A stretch of DNA of 64,000 nt, from NCBI GenBank assembly GCA_037447605.1, contig CM074804.1, positions 4,565,909 through 4,629,908 on the forward strand. The letters run 5' to 3'. Positions 13,347-23,699 of the stretch are shown here, piece after piece. The stretch is from Zygnema circumcarinatum SAG 698-1b. Taxonomy: Eukaryota; Plantae; Zygnematophyceae. How positions within the stretch are numbered: the first letter of the stretch is position 1; the number at the start of each line of letters is the position of its first letter. The notes below the pieces were generated by a model, which worked only from the letters and a program-made list of their open reading frames with translations, searched no databases and was not told where the DNA came from. The position numbers were made by a program, and so were the translations under genes.

Positions 13347-14894
13347 GCTTCTCAGATAGAGGCCGAGGGTAAGTACAAGAAACTAACGAGTTTGAAGCAA
13401 TTTCACTTTCTGGAGCAGTTTCAGCTTTCTTGGAGCATTTTCTCTGAAAGCTGCTTTCAGGCCGCGATAGCCCGCCTCCGGAGGGAGGGAGAAAGAGAGA
13501 GAATGAGAACGAGAGGGAAAGACGATGCTCTGATAATGTATCACCCTTGCCTAATCTCTGCAAGATTGCTATTTCGCTCAGAATCCTGTTCTCCCCTCCT
13601 TGTCTTCAATCCATCTCCCTCTTTCTGCTCTCTCGTCTCCTCCTCTGTATCCACCAACCTGCCTCTACCTCTCTATTCTCACTCCTCTCCTGTCTCTTTT
13701 GGACTCTCGCTCTCTATCCCTCTCCTCCTCTTCCTCTACCTCTCTCTCTCCGCATGGCTCCCTCGGCTTTGTAGAAGGTATGACAGCTCCGTCCCTGAGC
13801 CCTACGCCGTAACCCTAACCCTAAAGCCCGCCTGGCTACGCAGCGGCAGCTCATCGGTCGATGCCACCGATGGCTGCCTCCGCTTCCGTTCCGTCCATGG
13901 CGCCCTCCCGGACAGCACTACGCCCGCCATCAGCCATGGCGCCCGCCATCGGCCGCTGAAGCTGACCGGCATAGCACTCCCCACCCCCGCCCCCTCACGC
14001 GCAGTCACCCGCTCCGTTCGCCGCGCCCTTTTTCCCGCCTCCCTCGTCTCCCTGGCGTCGCGCGGTTTGCCGCCAGAAACCGGAATTCTCAAATTTCCTG
14101 TTCGTCACGTTTCCTTTTTGAAAGGGCTCGACTTTTGGCAGTCGCGGGGACCCAGCGCAGGAGAAACCGCGCGGTTCGCGATTTCCCGCGGGTCTCCGGA
14201 TTTTCGCCGCAAACCCGAATTGAGCGGAATTCATTTTTCCCTCCTAAAAATAAACCGACGAACCGCGCGGTGGGTTCGCGGTTTGCTGACGGACAGGGCC
14301 CGCGCGGTTTCGGCTCCCTCCTATTTCCGGCGAACCCGTCACCGCCGCCTGGCCCGCCATCTGGCGGGGCCGTACGTCCGTACGTCTGGCCGGCGGCGCG
14401 AGCCGGGCGGGCGTACGTACCGACGGCGGCGGCGACGGAGACGGCGACCGGCGGCGGATCGTCCGCTCGCTGGCGGGCGGGCGGCTGTGGGCCGTCGATC
14501 GCGCCGGAGGCGTCCCCGCCCCCTCGCCGGCCGTCGAGCCGGCCGACGGCCGGCCGGTTCCGACGGATCGCGTCGCCGGCAGCGGCTCGCTCGGAGGGCT
14601 CGAAGGGTCGTACGGCGCGGCCGAGTACCGACGCGGATCGAGATATATCGAAGGCGGGACATTTGTGGACATGACGCGAGCGGGCTCGGGGACGGGTTCA
14701 AGGGATTGGCGGGGTCCGTTCGATGATTTTTTTTTTTTCGTCGCGTAAAGGGCGGAACCATTATTGGACAGTTCCACACAGATCGGGTCACTTTTTACAT
14801 CGCTTTTCTTCTTAACAAATTGGGCGGCAAAAGGACAGGGCACATGTTTATGTTTGAAGGTCGTGAGCTTGATCAAACTTAACAAACAATGCTC

Positions 14895-17800
14895 CTACAA
14901 GTTCAACAACCGCCTTCTATAGAATGCTCTAGTTACCCCTATCACTACTATTGATGTTGCAGTGGTTAGAATGCCCGTCCCCAACAGCATGGTATCCATA
15001 GCTCCGCTATCTTGCAAGAAGCTCCTGACGGAGAGTACTTGCCAGAAGCTCTCAGTCCAGACAGGGTCCGGCTCGTCCAAGGTTTCCCCCGGGCCTAAAG
15101 GGAGGACGCGCCATCCACTGTCAGTGTGCGCCAAACGCGGTGAATACGCCGGCACATACCTGCACTCGCTCCCACTCATTGCCTTAGTACAAGGCCATAA
15201 AATAGGTCCGCGCTCGCTCTCTATGAGACAAACCTCAACCGTCTACTTGATCGGGCATTGGCATACTGTTAAGGACTACAGACTTCAAAAAAAATTACTG
15301 GTTTAGGGTTTGAGGAGTTAGGGTTCGCGATTGACTTCTCACTCACCTGGTTGTAGAAACAATGCAGCGCCCCCAAGTCTCCGCCCTTGAGCCCACACAC
15401 ACTTCTCCCTCTACGCTGCACTCCAGTATGCATTCTTCACCACCCGTCCCTTCCCCTCCCTCTCCTTCTCTCTCATTCAGCTCCCCCCTGACCTCCGCCT
15501 CCTTCATAGAAGGCTCTCCCGCACTAGCTACTCCTTTGGAATTTTTTGGACTACCCCTCATCACCCCATTTCCCCTAGAGATCTCCCCCGTCCTATTCGC
15601 TAAGAAGTTCCATATAAAGCGCGCTGTATCATCAATTACATCCGGGGTAGGAGTGACCGAGGGAGAGCTCATAAAGACTCCTGCATAGTGATTAGGTTTT
15701 GTGACACGTGGAGTGATGAGAGAGGTCACAAGAGGACAGCCTAAGCCGGGCTCATCCTTCAGTAGGCAATCAAGAAGCTCACTGACTAAGGAAGAATTTA
15801 CTAAAATGCTTGAAGTATCCTCAATGTTACCCCCTGCCAGCATGTAGAGGGTTCTTGCTACTAATGTTGCTGCAGTAGTTACGCTCTCGGCGTCAATATT
15901 TGCTGCACAAAGGGAGACAACAATCACAAAAATGATAAGTGAACGAAGCACACATGACTCACTTCACAAAATACATCACTCTTTCCTGAAGTCATCAAAA
16001 CGGCCGCTACCGTCTGTAACAGACTTTCTTTCCCACGACAGACGCCATCCTCGCGCTTGGTCTTGTAACGTTGAAGAATATCAATGGAAAAGGTGGGAGA
16101 ATTCGTAATGAAACGATGGAGACCATGCGAACGGTTATCTCACCGGCTGTGTCAAAGCGACTCCCGAAGTAAGGGTTGGTGAAGACTGTGTCGAACTCCT
16201 CAAGGACGAGAGCTGCAAGTGATGCATTCTGCAGCGCGCTTTTGTGCAGAATGAAAATGGAGGAGGACACAAAGGAAGGCGGAGGAGAGGGAGAACAAGA
16301 CGGAAAGAAAGGAAGGAGACAAAGAAGGAAAGCAAGGTGTAGTGTCTTCGTTTTGCAAGTGGTATGTTCAACAGCTCACCTCTCGGAGAAAGGACATGAT
16401 GGACGATGGAGGCACTCCAGGAGTGGACTCACTCGCCTCCTTCACCTCCACTCTGAAGCTCGCCATGTTCTGTGCCACAGTTTGCAATGCTGATAACACA
16501 TCTTTTGTTTCCGGTGACAACTGGAACAAGCTCACAACGAGCCGAAGTCAGTCCATTGCTCTGAACGCAATTTGCAGTTTCTAAGTCTTGCTGAAGTGCA
16601 AGGAGAGTGAGAATGAACCAAACAAAGGTTTATTAGATTGTACAATGCCTCATATCGGCCCTGAAAGACAGAGCCTCGAAACAAAGGTCATATCATATCC
16701 GGTCTGTCCCCTGATCACTCATTTTTCCTTGTTTGGAAAACCAGAAAAAAGTCCACCTTCCTCTCACCTGTCCCACGTCCCTATGAGCAAAAAGGGTAAC
16801 TTTGTCGGTTTGCAGAGCTCGCCCTACAGAGCCGACTTCTAATACCTGCACCGATCCTTCCAGAAAGTGCCTCTGTAAGGCACCGATCGTGCACACGAAA
16901 GCAGAGAGAGAGCGAGAGAGAGAGAGAGAGAGAGAACAGTTTCTTCCCATTGGCTGACCTGATGCAGGAGGGAGGCATTGAACCCTGCCGTGGAGGAGCC
17001 CCCCTCTCGGAGCTCCTTCAAGAAGCGGCGGCTCCCAAGGTACCCCCACGCTTCGCCCGTGCCCACAAAAAATGCCAACTGCGGCAACAACACAAACCTT
17101 CCTTTTTGAAACTCCAATACCGCACACCATCCTCAGCCCTTTCGGTTTGGCAGTAAAGCAAAAGGAGGGCGAGGAAGTACCAGTTCAGCCGAAACAGCAG
17201 TGGGACATAAAATGGTCATCATCACACTTTAGGAGACAAGAAAAATGTCAAGGAAGGAGTGGAGAAAAACCAAATTGACTGCTAGATAGCTACTAAATCT
17301 CTGATACACCTAAAGACACGGGCAGTTCTTCACCTGCTTTGGAAGCTCCTTCAGCCCCTCCTGCCGCGAGAGAGCATCAACTGCTCCAAGAAGAGCGACC
17401 ATTCCCTGCCACATCAATCCGGGGCCACAAACTTCAGCCAACTTCCATAAGAGGACTCAGCGGAAAGAGAAGGAGAAGTTAACTTCAACGCAATGTTCAT
17501 CTTCACATCATCACCCCATCTGCATGTTTTTAGCTTTGCAACCTACCTTCATACAATGGTGCAGGTATCCGCTTAAAAAAGACTCCACAACATGTAACCT
17601 CGGCAGGAAGACGAGCAAACCACTAAAAAGCAACCCAACAATACAACTTTACACGACCACACAAATGACACTTGAAGTGATGAGGAAGGGTCGAGAGGGT
17701 GCGGAGCAGCACACAGAGAGTGGGGAGTCAGCTCCCAGAGAGTCGTCTCGGAAGAAGGCGGCGCCATCCATGGCTGCCATGGCCAGCACTGTGGGCTTGG

Positions 17801-20800
17801 AGGGCCCCTCTTCAGACGCGTTTAAGGGGGGCAGCGCAGACAGCACACTGCAAAAACCCACTTTTCAAATCCTCCACATCAGAAACTGCACTCTTCCAAA
17901 ATATAGCATTTAAGAGTACCCCAACCTCTGGAGACCACTCTCCAGAAAATCCACATGACGTAATCCAAGCAAAGCACAGAAACGCATAACGGCCCTTCCT
18001 GCTGTGATACTGACGATGCACGCCATCTCTGCATCATTTGTATGTGATGTAATCCGCCATCACATCGTCAGCATATGCTGGTTGAGAGAAGTGATAGGGA
18101 AAGTAATGGCACCTGAAGCCCCCAATTGGGAGGCAGGAAAGGCTCTTAAGACAAGATTCAGAAGTGTTGGTTTCCGCCTTAGTCGTCTGAAGCATTCCCT
18201 CTCCAACAAAAGGCACAAAGCAGACATACATTTCATCATTCAACAGGCAGACGAACAATCCAAAGCAGAATTAGGAAATTTATGTTATTTCCAGAAGTCA
18301 ATACAGAGTAACAGCAAAAACTATTGTTAAGTCAACTAAAGCCCTATTCAGCATAGAGTTTCGGCTTCATTCACTACAGTACCTGCATAACTAGGTCGAA
18401 CTCCGCCACAAAAAGAGGATGCTCAAAATTTTGTTGCTCGTTTCGAGCAGCTTGCTGCCCCATATTCAGACAGAACCAATTCACAAGTAGGAATTCAAAC
18501 GAGGGATTGACATCTTGAAAAAGAGAGGCGCTTTAAAAATTAACAAAAAATTACGAGCTAGTCATCCTCCAGGACGAAAGAGAGAGCTATGCCAGAATTT
18601 TTTGCTTTCAATGATTAAGTTTAGTGGCAGTACCTGCTGCATGTTCACGGTTACCTCTTCCGTTAAAGCGACCACAGGGAAGGGGTGCTTCCTCCCTGCA
18701 ATTCCTGAACCCTGCGAGAATCAACCGCGAGAAAAAACCCTTCTGAAAAAACAGGGAACGATTCATCACTGCCCTGTCTCGTTTAGATGCAGCAGAGTCT
18801 TTCACATGTGTGCATTGTAACAAGGTCCTTCAGAAAGGCTTGATCTTTCCATTTTAAGCCTAAAACTGCACAAAATTGTTATGAGAAAAGTGAGGTAGAA
18901 GCGAGGCCTCTGACCCCTCTCGCTCACCGCAGGATTCCAGACATAGTCCTTGGCCTCATAGTTTGCGAATTCCGCTTGGGGGAACTTCTGAGCAGTTGAA
19001 AATACTGCAAGGAAACTGCAAGGCGGGAATTACTGCAGAGCTTAAAGTTGGCACTGGAAATCCACACGTTCGCATAGGACAGCAAGTTATGGTTGAAGGG
19101 GAAGGAAACCAGAACATATACGGCTGTGCTGTGAAACGGAAAATAAGTGTACTACAGGAGAGTCGAGCACAGCCACCTAGAGAGTCAGGAAGGGAGAGGG
19201 TGTGGAGGAAAGAGGCGGGAGAGAGACGGGAGAGAGGGCAGGAGAGGCGAGCAAAGGGGAAGAGAAATAAAGGGCGGAAAAAGTCTTGGCATCAACGGTG
19301 GTGTCAACGATTAGACAACTGCATACTACAAGCCATAAGGAATTCACGTTCTGCTAGAGTCTTCACGTAAATTCTGAAAACTGTGGAGATTTTCTGATGC
19401 TATGGACGGCATACCTTTTGGAAATGAGGCGTTACCAGGCTCTGAATACTCCAGCATGACTCCCACCACTAACTCGGCCGTTGCAGGCTCAGCACCCACC
19501 CTGCCCCACCAATTTCTTCTTAGTCTTTGAAGCTTCATTCAACAAAAGAATGAAAAGTTCACATTTAGTTGAGATTCACATGCCTTAAACGGGCTACGCT
19601 GTTTCCTTCTCCCTTCTGCTGCTCATTCTACAGTTTACTTTCTGAAAGGTGCTGTAGCGATAGCTTCCTTCTTGGTCAAATCTAGTATCATAAAGAGCAG
19701 TATATCTAACTTTCTGTGTAGTTTAGAACGTTTCGGACTCCAGAAGGCTGAACCTCTTACGAAGCCGTTAAAGGTGTCATATTTCCGAAAGACTTGTGCC
19801 CCTCGCCTTCACCACACTCTCTCTACAGCATGCAGTTCTTTATTTGAAGGAGGAAACCCCCATAAATCAGAAGTATTGGTTACCTCAACATAAAGTCAGT
19901 AAATATAGATGGCGGCAGGAGCACCGAATGGCGCCCTCTGAGTGGTTCATTAGCGCCTGAAAGGCGTTGAATTGGAGCAGAAACGGGCCGCCGCCCAGGA
20001 TCTGCGCTGGAACAAGAGTTCAGTCCGTATACGATCCTTCCGATACATGCTTTACACAGAACACGAATGTGATTTCACAGGAAACCCCAGGATGGGCAAT
20101 TCGACTTCACCAATGATTCGTGGCACACGAACCCTCTTTCCCATAGTACAAGAACAGGCAAACAATGCGAAGCAGAGTGACTCTCACGTAGTACAATAGA
20201 TCCAAGGTTGGTTTTCTTTCTCTCTGAGGGGCATAGTGGCACGAGTAAGGAGGGCGTACTTGCACAGCCAACCTCTCCTTGTAGAGTGAGCAGGCGGACA
20301 CAAGGAGTCCCTTCCACTGGGTGGTACATTGCAGCTTCCAAGTCGCGGACTGACTGGAAGCCATGGCTGGCACCTGCTAGGAACACAAAAGGGAAGGCAA
20401 CACGGGAAAGTTGCAACAAAAGTAGCAGTTGTCCTTTCGTCCTCTGTCGCCTCCACCCTAAATATTTCCTCTCTTCCTCTCTATTATCCCTTTCCTTTCA
20501 CAACCCCTTTGCCTGTTCCTCTCCTTGCGCCTCGTCTGTCACCTTTTGTCCAGCTTGACCCTTCCCTGATCCTCCCCCTCTCCCTCCCCTCCCCCCCTCC
20601 GCCTCCTTCTTGCTTCCACTAAGCAAATTCTTTAGAATTCTTCAAAACTTCGTAGATATTTGCAGCACTAACAGAACATTGAAAAACCGATACGTAAATA
20701 AGATGCGGTCATTGGTGGGAAAGTATAAATGGCTAAGTCTGGTTCTTCCATGTTGATATGTTATTTGCCTGCGACGAATGGCTCACCATGGGTGAAGAAG

Positions 20801-20853
20801 ACAGCGGTGAGGATGGCAGAGAGCAAAAGCCAAACTTCCGCCATGGCTGCCAT
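14895..20853 (-). CDS. NCSTN: Nicastrin (gamma-secretase subunit), multi-exon
   Basis: Signal-peptide exon MAAMAEVWLLLSAIL (20853-20787), PCVRLLTLQGEVGC, GEAWGYLGSRRFL, LEEFDTVFTNPYFGSRFD, GRCIVSTTR, and last exon DPVWTESFW plus TM helix. All are characteristic of plant nicastrin. Confidence 0.92.
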
Positions 20854-20977
20854 GCCCCTCGAGTGCCCGTTGAAGAGTGGTGAAGGCAAGGCAGTTTAGG
20901 GCTACTCTTTTCGGGTTAACGCAGCGCCTGGCACATGGAACAAACATGTATGTACGATACCATCTAAGTTGCCAACT

Positions 20978-21180
20978 TGATACAATTGATACAATCTCAC
21001 GATGGCGAGGCCATCAAATGGACATGGACAAAATCAGAATGGGCAACCACGAGGAACTGAGGACCTAAGGACAACAAAAAAAAGCTAGGAGCGGAAAGCT
21101 ACGCTAGGCTCAACAACGCTTCAAGCCCTCCCTAAAAGCAGGCGCGAAAGTCGCCGATGTGCGGCAATAACGGGATGTGA
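20978..21180 (-). mobile_element. 3' fragment of CRE-like non-LTR retroelement (copy A)
   Basis: The reverse complement encodes PHIGDFRACF* (versus PHIGDLRGCF* at 39993-40025). It carries the homologous 3' UTR, the GATGGC-ctc-GCCATC hairpin and an (ATTGTATCA)2 tail. Confidence 0.8.
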
Positions 21181-21254
21181 TATGGTGTGATCTGTCTGTA
21201 CGTGTTGTGTGTGTTACGGGCTACTGTACTGTAGCAGAGAATGCATTGGCGTGG

Positions 21255-21315
21255 ATCTCACGATGGCGACGCCATCAAATGTACGGCGACAAAGACAAAA
21301 TGCAGAACCGAAGTG
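21255..21315 (-). mobile_element. Short 3' terminal fragment of the same retroelement family (copy B)
   Basis: The reverse complement ...cattttgtctttgtcgccgtacatttGATGGCgtcGCCATCgtgag matches only the last ~55 bp of 40105-40165. Confidence 0.65.
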
Positions 21316-21543
21316 AACGGGTGGGCCTGCGAACACAGGAAATGGTGTGTGCGGGACTCTGCGTCCTTCCAAGCCCGGCCCGGTCCGGCCCGGCTTGAGA
21401 GAGTCGAGAGGCAGCCGAGAGGGTCCCTTCCGACGTGGGCACGCGTCGCGGGGAGGGGGATGCGATGGGATGTGAGTGTTTGCTGTGCGCAGTGCCATGC
21501 ATGCATGCTGGATTGCAAGGGCGTACTGTAACAGTATTAGCTA

Positions 21544-22591
21544 TGGGGTGTACGGTACCTGGTATCGTTTACGCCACTAGTCCAGTGGCCAACCATTCGT
21601 TGCCAATAGTTGGCTGGTCAATAGTTCGGAACCATTGGAATGCACCGCAACCATTGACAACCAATGGTTGCAACCATCGGCAAAGGTTGGTTGTGTCCAA
21701 AACTCATAGATGATGGTTCCACGGCAATGGCTGGAACGATTGCCAATGGTTAGCAACTTTGGACATTCAATGGTTGTTCAAATAATCGGCAGCCATTGAC
21801 AATGTGAGACGGGTATGCCAATGAATGGTTCCAACCATTGGATAACGTTTGATGCACGATGCATCCGATATCTGCTACCATTGGCAATGGTTGGAGACGC
21901 TACGGAAAATGGGCAAACTTGTCGAACAAAATTGCCGATAGAGAAGCTCCAACCCGTCACTCATATCGCCACCCTCCACCCTTCGTGAACATAAGTGATG
22001 TTAACTAGCTTACGCACAGTTCCACTCATAGCCTTTCTTCATTTATAGGTCATTTGTGACGGGTCTCAGTCTATGGTTTGGACCATTGGCAATGACTGGA
22101 AACCATTGAATATATTGGCTATAACCATTGGAAATGGTTGGCATCCATTGATGTAATGGATCTAAACATTGGTAATGGTTTGGCAACCATTGAATTCAAT
22201 GGTTGGAACGATTACAATGGTTGGCTGGTGCACCAACGAATGGTTGCAACCATTGAATCCACTAGTTCCAACCACTAGTAATGGTTGTGAACCAACCACT
22301 GGTTGGTAATTCTACTGGTCCGACATATGCCACGGTAAACTTCAAAAAAAACCTCAAACTGGTCGGATCAGTGGATCGGCAACCATTGGACAACCATTGG
22401 ATGGCAATGGCTGGACGTCTAATGGTTCGCAACCAGTCAACCACTGGGCATCCACTAGTTCCGAACCAGTCGAATGGTTGCCAACCATTGGCATCCACTG
22501 GTCCGAACCATTTCGAATGGTAGTTTCGATCCGGCGCCAATGGTTGGCAACGAGTGCATGGTTGGTCCAATGGTCCGCCCTGTGCACCCCT
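21544..22591. repeat. Array of CAACCATTG/CAATGGTTG half-sites in mixed orientation; possible non-autonomous hAT-like element
   Basis: Two motif-dense blocks (~21590-21895 and ~22070-22575) surround a non-repetitive core. Degenerate termini TGGGGTGTAC ... GTGCACCCCT. No TSD found. Confidence 0.7.
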
Positions 22592-23699
22592 CGAGCCAAC
22601 AGCTTTCGTCCCGTCCGCGCGTGCTGCCGCCGTGGCGCGCGCCTATTCGCACCGCAGCCTCCGACGCCGTCGCTAGTAGACGAGGACGTCGGTGCGCGCG
22701 GACGAGCGGGAGTTACTGTCACGTGCGCTGCCGTACAGTTGGCCGTCCGCGCCGACGCCGACGACAGCGAACGGACCTTGTCCGCTCGTCCTCGTGCCGC
22801 CGACCTGTTTGGATTGGACGACCGCTCCATGCCCGGCCATGCCATGCGATGCCATGCATGCATGCATGGCATGTTGGAACGGACACTGTCGACCTGCTCG
22901 AATTATGACGGGTGCACATCGCGCATGACGTAAGCGGAGAAACCACAAAACTGAAACCGGATCCGCGGGGAGGGCTGGTTTGCAGCAGAGCGAGCGAGGG
23001 AGGCCGGGCGGGCGGGTGACCAAAAGCGCCACTCGCCGACAGCGCCGACACGCTCCGCCAATCAGAACGCGTAAATTGATATGCGAAATTTTGGCCCTAA
23101 AAAGTTTGTCGTCGAGGTGCAGTCCGGCATCCGCCATCATTTGCGGCTGTCCACGTGGCGCGCGAGGGGAGCTGCCACTTGGCGGCAGGGGGGGCGGGTC
23201 GTTGCGGGCCTCGCGCAAGGGGCCGCCGCGGGCATTTATTTTATTTTAGGTTTGGCCCCCGCTCCGAGAGAGAGGAGAAAAATAAACAAGGGTCAATTTT
23301 TAGATCGCAGATAGGTTCTCGGGCAGACCGGGAGAGCTTTCGAGTCCCCACGGGCAGACCGAGAGACAGAAAAAACGGGCAGGACAATCTTAGGCTGAAA
23401 AGCGGAGGGCCCAGACCGCAGCCGGGGCAGGGTGAAATATTTCCCGCGGATGCCCACAGGAACGGGCAGCCGGAAGGTCGCCGAGCGCGCAGGCAGGCGG
23501 TCTCAAGGGGTCCGCGCGGCGGGCAGCACGCGGCGCGGGCAGCGGCGCGGGCAGCGGCACGGGCAGAGCACAAAACATTTTATCGGAGGATACGCACGGA
23601 CGAGGCCGCAGTGCAAGAACGAGGGAGGGAGGGAGGGAGGCGGGAAGGAAGGAGGGAGCGCAATTGGCCGAGCGAGGCGGGGGCGGAAGGAGAGCCGCC

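Noticed and set aside
13811-13826. TAACCCTAACCCTAAA and similar TTAGGG motifs at 15302-15325, 26852 and 28463
   Set aside because: Only 1-2 units each. These are ordinary telo-box-like motifs, not interstitial telomeres.
13308-14726. 472-aa + strand ORF
   Set aside because: Arg/Pro-rich, low complexity, a product of a stop-poor GC island; no domain.
21590-22575. CRISPR-like repeat-spacer appearance
   Set aside because: Units are degenerate, ~9-18 bp, in mixed orientation and irregularly spaced. The context is eukaryotic and no cas genes are present.
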